Assembly (NCBI GenBank): GCA_965220745.1
Contig: CBDCQT010000010.1
Span: 256,001 to 320,000 of the forward strand
Source: Alphaproteobacteria bacterium
GTDB taxonomy: Bacteria; Pseudomonadota; Alphaproteobacteria; UBA828
Length of the DNA stretch: 64,000 nt
Direction of reading: 5' to 3'
Of the stretch, positions 30,143-41,600 are shown in pieces. How positions within the stretch are numbered: the first letter of the stretch is position 1; each line of letters begins with the position of its first letter. The translations under genes were made by a program, and so were the position numbers. Below the pieces are notes generated by a model. It was not told the origin of the DNA, did not search any database, and saw only the letters and a program-made list of their open reading frames with translations.

Positions 30143-31216
30143 ATGAAGCGTATAGGTTTGACAGGATTGGGCGTGGCGACCGCCGCGGCGCTCGCTTGGA
30201 ACACGCCGGCGATGGCGGACGACATGGTCGAGGACAAGCTCGCGACCATGGAACAGCGCATCAAGTACCTGGAGGAGCGCGTCGCCTCGCAGGACCAGAT
30301 GATCGTCGAGAAAGAAGGCGAGATGGCCGCTCTCTCCGACGGCTGGTTCAACAACGTCGAGATCGGCGGCGCCATCAAGGTCGAGCTTATCGGCGAAAGC
30401 CCGGCCGAGGGTGACAGCGGCACCAGGACGAACTTGAGGAAGGTGGAGCTCGGCATTGCGACTTCGATCAACGACGAGTGGGGCGGCGAGGTCGTCGTGG
30501 AGAACGACGACGGCACAATCGCGCTCGCGGACGCGTTCCTGACTTACGAGCCAGCGGGTGGCGGGCTTTCCGCCGCGATAGGCCAGCAGACCCTGCCCTT
30601 CGGCGTCTACGACACCAACATGATCACCGATCCGCTTACCAAGGATCTCGGCGAGACGGCCTACACCTCTCTGGTGTTGGGCGGCGAAGCCGCTCAATTC
30701 GGTTGGACGGCATTCACGTACTACGCGGATGAAGAGGAGCGTATCGACGGTTTCGGCGCCGGAGTCGGCATGACCATGGAAGGCGATGCCTCGGCCTTTG
30801 GCGTCGATGTGGTGTGGATCAGTGACATCGGCGATTCCGATGGGCTCAGCGGGATGTTCGACGACGATGTGCCGGGCTTGAGCGCAAGTGCCCGAGGTAG
30901 CGTTGGGCCGGTCTCTGCAATGGTCGAGTTGGTGACCGCGCTTGATGCCGATGGCTCCAACGCCGAGCCGTCGGCGTGGAGTGCCGAAGCCGCCTACGGT
31001 TTCGACCTGATGGGCAGGGAAGCAACCCTCGCCATTGCGGCCGGCGGCACTGAGGACGCCGAGGCCGCCGACCTAGCGGAGACGCTGATGCTACTCGGGA
31101 TCTCCGTGGGCATCTCCGAGGGCATCGGGATCGGCCTCGAATGGAAGCAAGAGGAAGGCTACGGCGCGGACGACGCTGACGACGCCGTCACCGTGCAAGT
31201 TGCGGCCGAGTTCTAG
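30143..31216 (+). CDS. LbtU-like outer-membrane porin (iron uptake)
   Basis: Signal peptide, coiled N-terminus, GQ..LPFG.Y..ITDPLT..LGET, terminal AAEF; iron-locus context. Confidence 0.7.
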   Translation: MKRIGLTGLGVATAAALAWNTPAMADDMVEDKLATMEQRIKYLEERVASQDQMIVEKEGEMAALSDGWFNNVEIGGAIKVELIGESPAEGDSGTRTNLRKVELGIATSINDEWGGEVVVENDDGTIALADAFLTYEPAGGGLSAAIGQQTLPFGVYDTNMITDPLTKDLGETAYTSLVLGGEAAQFGWTAFTYYADEEERIDGFGAGVGMTMEGDASAFGVDVVWISDIGDSDGLSGMFDDDVPGLSASARGSVGPVSAMVELVTALDADGSNAEPSAWSAEAAYGFDLMGREATLAIAAGGTEDAEAADLAETLMLLGISVGISEGIGIGLEWKQEEGYGADDADDAVTVQVAAEF

Positions 31217-31243
31217 GGCTGGAGAGAAGAAGGAGTACTGACG

Positions 31244-32503
<1,260 letters not shown>

Positions 32504-32546
32504 GCGCTTTCCCGGCGGTCTGCTGAGCAGAGCAGCACGGCAGACC

Positions 32547-32582
32547 GGGGCCGCCCCGCTCAACCCCCTGCGGGGCGGCCCC
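32547..32582. terminator. Perfect 13-bp GC hairpin between convergent genes
   Basis: GGGGCCGCCCCGC-N10-GCGGGGCGGCCCC. Confidence 0.55.
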
Positions 32583-32659
32583 AAGCCGGTCCATCCGCTC
32601 TATTGCCGCAGGCGGCGAGCACCGCCTCGGCGATGACCGGACTGCACAATACTGGCTGC

Positions 32660-33652
32660 TCAGGCGCCGCGCTCGTCCATACCCAGCAGGTTTCGGGGCA
32701 CCTCGCCGTCCAGCCATCGGCGCACGTTGCGCGCGCCCTGGCGCATCGCCTCAACCTGCGCGCCCGCCACGCTCGCCGAGTTATGCGGCGCGGCGATCAC
32801 GTTGGGCAGGTCTAGGAACGGGTGGTCGATGCGGAACACGCCATGCCGTACCGGCTCGATCCACCACGATTCTAGGCACGCGAAGAACCGCTCGTTTTCG
32901 ACCAGATGGCGATAGAGCGCGGCCTGGTCGATGATCTCGCCGCGCGCGACATTGACCAGGATCGCGTCCTCCTTCATCCAGCCGAGCTCGCGTGCGCCGA
33001 TCAGCCCCGCCGTCGCACCCGTCAGCGACATCGAGACGACGACGACATCGGCGCGGCGGAGCACATCTTCCAACGCCGCCACGGTGCCGATGAACGCCAC
33101 CTCCTCGTCGGTCTCGCCGCTGCGGTTGATGGCGTGGATCTCGGCACCCAGCGCCCGGAACAACCGGGCCGCAGCGCGCCCTGCGCCGCCGAAGCCGACA
33201 ATCGCGCAAGCCGCTCCCTTGAGCGTCTTGTTGTCGACGAACTGGTTGAACCGTCCTTCCCGCATCTCCTGGTGCTCGACTGGCAGACGCTTGGCCGCGG
33301 CCAGCGTGATGGCCAGCACGAACTCCGCCATCGGGCCGGCGTAGGCGCCCGCGTTCGAGGCAATGGGCAGATCGCGCGGGAAGAGATGCAGCGGCACGTG
33401 ATCGACGCCTGCGGTCAGGAGCTGCACGAAGCCGAGCGACGTCATCGCTGCGACATCGTCGGCCGTGATCTCGATCCGGGGATTCAGGGCGATCAGCACA
33501 CGCGCCCGCGCCCGCGCCGCGTCCCAGCTCTCAGGCGAGAGATCGGGTTTGAAAAGCAGTTCGGATCGGGAGCCGAGCCGCTGGCGGTAGGCGGCGCGCG
33601 CCTCCGGCGGCGGGTCGTGGGTGACGAGAATGCAGGGAGGAGTCGTGATCAT
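32660..33652 (-). CDS. D-isomer-specific 2-hydroxyacid dehydrogenase
   Basis: AGVDH, IVGFGGAG, LVNVARG, APHN. Confidence 0.9.
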   Translation of the reverse strand: MITTPPCILVTHDPPPEARAAYRQRLGSRSELLFKPDLSPESWDAARARARVLIALNPRIEITADDVAAMTSLGFVQLLTAGVDHVPLHLFPRDLPIASNAGAYAGPMAEFVLAITLAAAKRLPVEHQEMREGRFNQFVDNKTLKGAACAIVGFGGAGRAAARLFRALGAEIHAINRSGETDEEVAFIGTVAALEDVLRRADVVVVSMSLTGATAGLIGARELGWMKEDAILVNVARGEIIDQAALYRHLVENERFFACLESWWIEPVRHGVFRIDHPFLDLPNVIAAPHNSASVAGAQVEAMRQGARNVRRWLDGEVPRNLLGMDERGA

Positions 33653-33861
33653 CCGGGAAGGGCCAGCGAGCGGATGGGTGCGCCGAGGATGTATAGCAGA
33701 CCGCCCGCGTCAGGGCTCGCTTGAGCACGTTTAGCGGCCGCAAAGGACGTCGGCAGGCGTGGTCACGGGGCGCTGCGGGCGGGTGAGGCGCCGGGCGCAT
33801 GTCAATTAACCAAAAGGGGCTAATCGTTGACTTATAGTTCATATGGGAATACCTGAATTGA

Positions 33862-34731
33862 ATGATCGACCTGGATACCAAGCAGCTTCATTCGTTCTTG
33901 CGTCTTGTGGAGACTGGGAGCTTCTCCAAGGCTGCCCGGCAGATCGGCTGCTCGCAGGCCACGATGTCGGTTCGGATCCAGAAGCTGGAGGAAGCATTCG
34001 GCGCCCTGCTGTTCGAACGGGGCCATCACGAGGTGAGCCTGACGGCGGAAGGGCGTGATCTGCTACCCGACATCCGTTCGCTCGTCGATCTGCAGGACCG
34101 AGTGGTGCGGCGTTTGCAGTCCAAACGGGTCATCGGCGAGGTCAGACTCGGCATTGCCGAGGGCTTCGAGACGGCGCTTCTGCCGGAGCTTCTCGGCTAC
34201 ATGCTGCGGAACCATGCCGCCGCCGAGCTCGACATCCATTGCCTGCCGAGCTGGCGGCTGCAGCAGATGACCGAGGCCCGTTCGCTGGATCTCGCCGTCG
34301 TCGCGTTGACCGAGGAGGCGCCGGCGGAAGCGGTGCTGAGTCGCCCGCAGCTTCATTGGGTGTGTGCGCCCGGCTTCGCGCTCGACCCTTCAATGCCGGT
34401 CCCGGTCGCCTGGAATACGGACAACTGCTTCCTGCAGGCCGCGGCGGCGACTGCGCTCGAGGATCGGGGTATCGCCTATCGCGAGGTGCTGCGCAGCGCC
34501 GACCCGCGGATCGCCCTGGCTGCGGTCGAAGCCGGAATGGGCGTCACCGTCATGGCCGAGGGGACCATACCCAGGCCATTGAGCGTGATGTCCATGTCCT
34601 CGACCCTGCCGCCGCTGGGCAGGGGCAGCATCCAGTTGCTGGAGGGGCCGGCCCCTCAGTCCGAGGCAGTCGCAACGGTCAAGCGGCAGATCGAGCGCGC
34701 GTACAGGGAGGCCGAAGCAGCGGCCGCCTGA
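33862..34731 (+). CDS. LysR family transcriptional regulator
   Basis: ETGSFSKAARQIGCSQATMSVRIQKLE. Confidence 0.92.
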   Translation: MIDLDTKQLHSFLRLVETGSFSKAARQIGCSQATMSVRIQKLEEAFGALLFERGHHEVSLTAEGRDLLPDIRSLVDLQDRVVRRLQSKRVIGEVRLGIAEGFETALLPELLGYMLRNHAAAELDIHCLPSWRLQQMTEARSLDLAVVALTEEAPAEAVLSRPQLHWVCAPGFALDPSMPVPVAWNTDNCFLQAAAATALEDRGIAYREVLRSADPRIALAAVEAGMGVTVMAEGTIPRPLSVMSMSSTLPPLGRGSIQLLEGPAPQSEAVATVKRQIERAYREAEAAAA

Positions 34732-34835
34732 CGGGCGCCACGCGGGAACACCCGCCTCCCTTCCTCTCTCGGGTTCTCACGTCACAATGCGCCCAGCGTC
34801 GCGTCTGGGACGAGTGACGCCGCACGCCGCGCACC

Positions 34836-35687
34836 TTAGACGACCCGCACCTTATCGCCTCTCTTCACCGTGCCGCCCCGGATGACGAAGCCGTAGACAC
34901 CCGCGCAGGGAAGCGACTCGCCGTCCAGCACGGGGACGGGGAGCGTGTTGTGCTCGACCAGGGTGCGGAGAACTTGTGGGTCTTTCTCCAAGCTCTCCTG
35001 CGCCAGCGTGGGCACGGAGCAGCGCGGCGTCGGGTCGGAGATGCGGAGCCGTACCTCGTCGCCGATCGCGAGCTCGCGCCCGACCCAGTCGTTCTCGACG
35101 AAACCCGTCTGGCCATCGGGAGTCGCGATCGTCACATTGGGGCGAAAGCGGCGGGCACTGAACTGGGAGGCGGGGCGGAGCTCGGCAAGGCGCGCCATCG
35201 TTGCCGTGGTTATGAGGTGGAGCGCCGCATAGTCGGAGAACCGGCCCGCCATCATCAGCTCGCCGATATCGACGATGGTCTCCTCGTCGGCGAGCGGGTC
35301 GAGGCGTTCGAGGCTGGGCGCCTCTGGCCGCTTCGTCGTGAGCGTGACCGGCCGCCCCAGGGTCTCGGAGAGGCGGGCATCGGGGGCGCCGCCGTCGCTC
35401 AAAATCGCTGTGCCGTCGGGCCAGACGATGCGCACCGGCGGAAGCGGCGCGCCTGGCTGGGGTGGCACGACGAAATCGGCGGCAAGCGCCATCAGACCGG
35501 CCCACTTCTTCGGAGTCTTGGCGCTCCCCACCCGGCCATTGGCCTTGTCGATCACCGCATAGGCGCGGTCGCCCAGGATGCCGCCCTCGGTAATCAGCGC
35601 CTCGTCGATCTTGGTGCCGGCCATCGACTTGACCGGATAACGCCAGAGCGCCTTGACGGTGCCGCCGCTCGTTCCTTGCGATGCCAT
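34836..35687 (-). CDS. MOSC domain protein
   Basis: RYPVKSM, GDR, RRFRPN, PRC, GVYG. Confidence 0.9.
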   Translation of the reverse strand: MASQGTSGGTVKALWRYPVKSMAGTKIDEALITEGGILGDRAYAVIDKANGRVGSAKTPKKWAGLMALAADFVVPPQPGAPLPPVRIVWPDGTAILSDGGAPDARLSETLGRPVTLTTKRPEAPSLERLDPLADEETIVDIGELMMAGRFSDYAALHLITTATMARLAELRPASQFSARRFRPNVTIATPDGQTGFVENDWVGRELAIGDEVRLRISDPTPRCSVPTLAQESLEKDPQVLRTLVEHNTLPVPVLDGESLPCAGVYGFVIRGGTVKRGDKVRVV

Positions 35688-35736
35688 GATCGCCCTTTCC
35701 TTGCTGCCAGTGAGTCGTCGTTCGGGAGTGCCCACA

Positions 35737-36213
35737 TTATGGGGCGAGGAGGTCGTGGCTCCGGTGCCAGTCCTCGAGCGACTGATCGGGATACTCAGGA
35801 TAGTGCGGGTCGCGCTTGCCCGACGGAATCCTGACCCAGCCGGGCGCGTAGTCCACCATGATATGGCAGCGCTCGGGCGGTGCCGGCAGGGGCGTGTCGA
35901 TGGCCGACGCGAAAGGATGGATCAACTCCGGCCAGCGCGGGTCCCAGACCCAGAGAGCGCTGCCGCAGTGGCCGCAGAAGCGCCGCTCCGCCGGGCTCTC
36001 GCTATCGTCCTCCAGCCTTGCACGATAGACCTTGATGGAGCGTTTGCCCGTGACGCTCAGCGTCTCCGCCTCGCCGCCGAGATTGATGGCGTAGCCGCCG
36101 CCACCTGCGGTCTTCCGGCAGATCGAGCAGTAGCAAAACATGTAGGGCTGCGGCGTCTTCGACTGGAGCGAAAACCGCACCGCTCGGCAGTAGCACGAGC
36201 CTTCCAGCAGCAT
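35737..36213 (-). CDS. GFA (Mss4-like, CENP-V) family protein
   Basis: GSCYC..CYCSICRK..RRFCGHCGS. Confidence 0.88.
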   Translation of the reverse strand: MLLEGSCYCRAVRFSLQSKTPQPYMFCYCSICRKTAGGGGYAINLGGEAETLSVTGKRSIKVYRARLEDDSESPAERRFCGHCGSALWVWDPRWPELIHPFASAIDTPLPAPPERCHIMVDYAPGWVRIPSGKRDPHYPEYPDQSLEDWHRSHDLLAP

Positions 36214-36246
36214 GGGTTCCTCTCCCTGTTTGCGCTCTCGCGGGCG

Positions 36247-36885
36247 CTACATGGCCTTGGAGAAGTCTCCGGTGGCCGGGTTCATGGTCCAGAGTTCACC
36301 GTGGGCGATGTCGAACCAGGCACCATGCAGGCTAAGCCGCTCGCGGTCCTCCAGGATCGAGACGCACGGGAATGTCCGAAGGTTCGCGATCGAGTGACGG
36401 ATGGAAGCGCGCTCAAGAGCGGTCTGCCGCTCGGCGTCCGTTAGTAGACCGCCGGCTTCGATCTCGCTTGCGGCGGGGCCGAGCAGCTTCATCCACTTGC
36501 CGATGAAATCGCCCGGAGAGAGCGGTTCCGCCGCCGGATGCAGCACCGCACTGATACCCCCGCATCGGCCGTGACCGAGCACCACGATGTGCCGGACCCG
36601 TAGGCTCTGCACGGCGAACTCCAGCGCGGCCGAGGTACTTTCGTAGGCGCCGTCCGGCTCATAAGGCGGCACCAGATTGGCGACGTTGCGGACGACGAAG
36701 ATCTCGCCCGGTGCCGCGTTGAAGATGGTCTCCGGCGCCGCGCGGGAGTCGCAGCAGGCGATGATCATGACCTCGGGTTTCTGCCCGTCCTCGGCGAGCG
36801 AGCGGTAGCGGGCGTGCTCCCGGGCGTAGCGGTCGTCCTTGAACGATTGGTAGCCGTGAAGGAGCGAATGCGGGAATTCGGTCAT
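36247..36885 (-). CDS. Beta-class carbonic anhydrase
   Basis: CCDSR, VRNVAN, LGHGRCGG. Confidence 0.93.
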   Translation of the reverse strand: MTEFPHSLLHGYQSFKDDRYAREHARYRSLAEDGQKPEVMIIACCDSRAAPETIFNAAPGEIFVVRNVANLVPPYEPDGAYESTSAALEFAVQSLRVRHIVVLGHGRCGGISAVLHPAAEPLSPGDFIGKWMKLLGPAASEIEAGGLLTDAERQTALERASIRHSIANLRTFPCVSILEDRERLSLHGAWFDIAHGELWTMNPATGDFSKAM

Positions 36886-36986
36886 CGGAAGCCAGCCGTA
36901 CTCGTCAGCGCGTGGTCGGCCGGCGGGCAGTCGTGGGTGCGCCGTGCCGATGACGACCCTGCCGGCAATTACAGGCTAACGCCACT

Positions 36987-37073
36987 CTATTTCATGGACC
37001 GATCGACGTGCTCTGAGCGCCAGCGCGGGATCAGCATGCGGATCAGCGTCGATCCCTTGTCGATGAAGGTGTG
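36987..37073 (-). pseudogene. yceJ: Displaced 3' end of yceJ (cytochrome b561)
   Basis: Reads HTFIDKGSTLIRMLIPRWRSEHVDRSMK*, the in-frame continuation of ..ALKHTF at 62.8 kb and similar to the usual YceJ tail (HHFIDxDxTLxRM). Confidence 0.88.
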
Positions 37074-37390
37074 ACAACTTGCAGGCAGGACTAGCTCTCG
37101 GTTACACATCTGATCAGCGTTGCGATCTCCTCCAATACTGTCCATTTTACAGACACTTGGACGTCTTGTCAACGGATTTCGCGTGGAGAGACGGGGTCCA
37201 TAAGGCAGAATCCTCGATAGCTCGATAGTTGCATTCGGGGACTTGACGTATTTCATTCGAATGCGGGCGACGCAATCTGGTTGTACTCTCTCGAAGCCCT
37301 TGCAGAACTTGATTTTTCAATCCATAACACATATGTAACGTTGTCTCTGGCAGCTATCGAGCCGGTAGGCGAGGCGTTGGCACATTTCGC

Positions 37391-37455
37391 GCGTATTGCG
37401 CGCGTAATACGCAGCAAAATTTGCCCACCTTATGGCGACACAGGCACGACACAGG
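37391..37455. promoter_or_regulatory. Near-perfect palindrome plus direct repeats upstream of the RHH genes (candidate RHH binding sites)
   Basis: GCGTATTGCGCGCGTAATACGC (37391-37412); CGACACAGG at 37436 and 37447. Confidence 0.5.
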
Positions 37456-37479
37456 AGGTCATACCGTGGGGCGGACGGC

Positions 37480-37806
37480 ATGAGCGGGGCAGCCGAGGGG
37501 CGCAAGCGGCAGCGCGCCATGATGGCCACAGACAGCGACTGGCAGGCGCTCAAGGAGCGCGCCGACGCTGCCGGTATGGATGTCTCGCGCTTCATTCTTG
37601 AGCGTCTGACGGCGCCTGTTGCGGTGCCGGCAGATCCGGTCATGACGCGCGATCTCGCGGTCGCAGTGGCGCGGATCGAGCGCATGGTCAGGGTGCTCTA
37701 CGAGGTCGAGAAAGAACGCGTCGAGGGTTCCGCAGGGGCGGATACCTGGCAGGCTCTGGTGCGCCGTGCCGGTGCACGGATTAATGCCGAGGAGGCACTC
37801 GGGTGA
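37480..37806 (+). CDS. MobC/NikA-like ribbon-helix-helix protein 1
   Basis: RAMMATDSDWQALKERADAAGMDVSRFI RHH pattern. Confidence 0.7.
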   Translation: MSGAAEGRKRQRAMMATDSDWQALKERADAAGMDVSRFILERLTAPVAVPADPVMTRDLAVAVARIERMVRVLYEVEKERVEGSAGADTWQALVRRAGARINAEEALG

Positions 37807-38162
37807 CGGCAATCGAGGGAGGCGGGAAGCGGGAGATTGCGCGCATCCGCAGCATCTACTGCTCGCCGGAGAACCGCGCATTGATCGGACGCCGGGCCAA
37901 GGAGGCGGGGATGAGTTTCTCGCGCTTCATGATCGCCTGCGCGCTTCATGGGGCAGACGCCGACGACGACGAGGGTCCTCGCCTTGTCCTGTCCGAGGAT
38001 GAGCAGCGGCAGCTACATGAGCGCGTGGCGCTTCTTGACCGGTGCAACGAGGCGCTGCTGTCGCGTCTGCCGGGGACGGAGATATCGGCGCTCGGCGCAC
38101 TCGCCTTCCTGGTTCGGGAAGCTCGTACCGGGTTCGGCGACGAGAGCGGGGACGGTTCATGA
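37803..38162 (+). CDS. MobC/NikA-like ribbon-helix-helix protein 2
   Basis: RSIYCSPENRALIGRRAKEAGMSFSRFM; GTGA overlap with gene 1. Confidence 0.7.
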   Translation: MTAIEGGGKREIARIRSIYCSPENRALIGRRAKEAGMSFSRFMIACALHGADADDDEGPRLVLSEDEQRQLHERVALLDRCNEALLSRLPGTEISALGALAFLVREARTGFGDESGDGS

Positions 38163-38605
38163 GGCGGCGTGGCCGGCGCCTGCCGAAGGCGTACTCGCTC
38201 TCCTGCACCGACAGCGATTGGGGACGCGTGCGGGTTCTGGCCGAGCGAAAGGGGCTCTCCATCTCACGCTACATGGTCGAGTGCGGGCTCACCGTGGACC
38301 CGACGACAGAGCCTGAGCCGCTGCCCCGGCTCGTGCTGGACGAGGCGGAGCAGCGCACCCTTCTGGACCATGTGACCGCCATTGCGGAGCGCACGGTGGA
38401 GGCAGAGACGGACGAGGCGGTGATGACGAGGGTGCGCAACTCTCTCGCCTTCCTGGCCGAGGAGACGATGCGAACCATGATGCGCGACGGCCGCGAGGAG
38501 GAGCTGCGGGCAACTCTGACAGAGCTCTTCGGCGAGCAGGTCGCAGCGGCGACCGGCGACCGCCTCCGCGCGCGCACGAGCGTCGAGAGTCCGGGCTCGC
38601 AGTGA
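38159..38605 (+). CDS. MobC/NikA-like ribbon-helix-helix protein 3
   Basis: YSLSCTDSDWGRVRVLAERKGLSISRYM; ATGA overlap with gene 2. Confidence 0.7.
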   Translation: MRRRGRRLPKAYSLSCTDSDWGRVRVLAERKGLSISRYMVECGLTVDPTTEPEPLPRLVLDEAEQRTLLDHVTAIAERTVEAETDEAVMTRVRNSLAFLAEETMRTMMRDGREEELRATLTELFGEQVAAATGDRLRARTSVESPGSQ

Positions 38606-38696
38606 TGGAAGGGCGCCCCGCCGCCGGTTGTAGGAGACCGACTCCATACCGGGAGTTCGGGCCAGTGGTGATTGAATTCAAAGCCGGCGGGGCGCA

Positions 38697-41600
38697 TCAG
38701 AGTTCGAGGCCCATGTCGATGTCGCGCTCTATTGCCTTGCTGGCTTCGAGTTCCTGCTGACGGCGTTCGATCTCGGCCTTGTCCGATGCCAGGGTGGACT
38801 CGATCCGCGCCGACATGCGCCTGAGGTCGTCCTCCGCGCCCGGCCGGCTGTCGAGATGCGTGCCGAAGGTCTCGGGATCGTCGAGGATGCGGCGGCAGCC
38901 GTCGAGGGCGCGCTGGGCGTCCTCGCTCCATTCTTTGTAGCCGGGATCCTCGGTGACATGGGCGCGCTTACTGGCAGCGATAGCCGCGTGCTCTTCCCGC
39001 TGCCGGATCGAGGCGGCGGCCGCTGACAGAGCCCGGTCCAGGAAGCGCTCCGCAGCCTTGCGGTTCTCCTTCGTCGCCTCGTCCAGGACCGTCTCCTTCT
39101 CCGCAGGCGGTTGCCGGGGAGCTGTCTCCGCCGAGACCGAGGTCGAGTCGGGGGTCGAGACCGAGGTTGCGACCTCGAACTGCTCGCCGATGGCCTTGAG
39201 CGCCGACATCTCCCCGGCAGGGGCGGTCTCCAGCGCCTCGATCAGCGCCTCGCGGTCGTCGGTCAGCAGCACCACGTTGTCGCGGGCGCGGGTCAGCTCC
39301 ACATAGAAGGTCGCCTGATCGGCGACTCCCCCGCGCTCGGTATCCAGGACGGCGATGGCCCGGTCGCAGGTGATTCCCTGGGCAGCATGCACGGTCGACG
39401 AGTAGGCATGGTCAAGGTGGTGAAGCTGAGAATCGTCGCGGGTCATGACGATCTCGCGCCCGTCCCGGGTGCGTATCGTGACGTTCACCCGTCGGATGGA
39501 CAGCACTTCGGCATGCTCACCGTTGATCAGGCTTCGCGCGGGATCGTTGCGGGTCCAGCGCACCCTGTCGCCGGCCTTGAGCACCATCGGCCGGGTCTCG
39601 AAGAGATCGAGGCGGTAGCGGATATAGCCGGAGGGGTCGATGGTGCGCTCCTTGCCGCCGGGAAGGGTGAGCACGACGCGCTCGTCTCCCACCTCCGCCA
39701 CACGGCAGGCATCGCCCGCCTTCGCACGGACGCCGTAGACGTCGTGATGGAATATGGCGACGTCGCCCTCGCGGTAGTTGGCGATATCGCCCTTCTGCGA
39801 GCGGGTCAGGTGGAGATTGACGTAGCGCTCGATCTCCAGCTCGGGGCCGTGCAGCACTCCTTCGTCTTCGAGGCCGTGGCGGACGGCGGCGTTGATCTCG
39901 GCTCTGAGCTCGTGCGTGGGCGCGAGGATGGCCGTTCCGGGCCGCAGGTGAGGATCGAGGTCGAGCCAGAGTTGCGCCGCCTTCCTGCCGAGCTCGTCGC
40001 CGTCAGTCTCCAGGACGCCGTTGCCGAGTTCTTCGACCGCAAGGCGCGGCTCGTCCGCCACCATGTGCAGCACCGCCTGCCGCAGGTCCGCGTCGCGCTG
40101 GCGCACCACCTCGTCCATCCTGGCGGTGGGCATCCCTGCGTCCTGCAGCAGGGCGAAGGGCTGGCCGGCCTCGACGGCCCGCAGCTGCCTGCGGTCGCCG
40201 ATCAGCGCGAGCCGCTCCACGCCGGCCTCGACCGCGACCCGCGTCAAGGCCCGCATCTGGGTCGTGCCGACCATCGACGCCTCGTCCAGGATCAGCAACG
40301 AGCCGCCCAGGGCCTTGCGGGCATCCTCCATTTTCTCAGGGGCAGCGATGCCGTCGCCCACGTCGCGGTAGCGCGTGAGGAACCACTGGAGAGTGCGCGC
40401 CGGGATGTCGGCTTCGCCTTCGAGCACGCGCGCGGCGCTCGCCGAGGGGGCCAGTCCGACGATCTGCCGCCCGGCCAATTCGGCCACAGCACGCAGCATG
40501 GTGGTCTTGCCGGAGCCCGCATGGCCCTGCACCCCCACCGTGACATGAGGCGACAGCAGGATTCCGCGCACGGCATCGCGCTGGCCGGGGTTCAGCCCGG
40601 CAGCGTCCAGCCGCGCCTCCACCGCCTCTGCCGGCGCCAGGCCGTGTCCGGCGTTCAGGCCGGCGCGCATCCCGGCAATGATCTCGCGCTCGGCGTTGCG
40701 CGCCCGATCGGTGACGAAGGCCAGGTCTGCTCTCCGCGCCGTCGCTTCGATCAGGTGCCCGTCGCGACGGAGCCGGGCGATACCGGCGTCCAGCGCGTCG
40801 AGCGAGTGCCTGCCGCCCCCGTGGGCCAGCGCCCAGGCGCGCAGGTCGTTGGCGGAGAATACCGTGCGCCGCTCCTCCAGGTGCTCCACGGCCTGCCGCA
40901 CCACCGACAGTGCCGACGGAGCCGCTCGCGCCTCGCTCTGTAGAAACGCCGACGCTTCGACGCCGTTGCGGCCGCGCGCCGTGTCGCGATCGCGTGCGGG
41001 GCCGAGTTCCTGCGCCCGCGCCTGCCAGGTCTCCTGCAGGACCTGCCGGTCGGGCTCCGCCTTGCGACGCCGCGTATAGAGCGCGGCCTGCTGTGCTCTC
41101 GCTGGCGTGTTCTCCCAACCCCGCTCCTGCATGTAGTCCAACAACTCGCGGCGGCGGGTCGAGAACGCGTCCAGCATCGGCTTGCCGTAGCCCGCGATCT
41201 CGAACCCCGGCATCCTGCCCACCAGCGTCGGCACCGTGGCGTAGCCGATTTTCTCGAGCCCCATGCGCAGCTCGTTCCGGTAGTAGGCGCCGATGAGAAG
41301 CTTCGACCGCTCGACGGCGGTGAACTCGGCGCTGCGCCACTCCCCGTTCCGGCCGCGGGTCATGTTGGCGATCACGGCGTGCGTGTGCAGCTGCGGGTCG
41401 AGGTTGCGGCTTGCGAGATGCCGGAAAGTCGCCGCAGCCATGCCGTCGGCCTCCACCCTGGGCCGGCGCCCGGTTGCCGGGTCGTAGCTCCGGGTCTGCA
41501 ACAGCTCGGTCTCGATGAAGCCCAGCGTGGCGCGTACCGCCTCGTCGTGCGCCCTCACCACCCGCGCGCCGGTCTTCGGGGCCGCGTAGACCAGCGCCTC

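Noticed and set aside
39111-40943. Long antisense ORFs (610 aa here; also 342-1604, 27589-29019, 41649-42893, 61605-62777)
   Set aside because: Shadow frames of recognisable high-GC genes on the opposite strand
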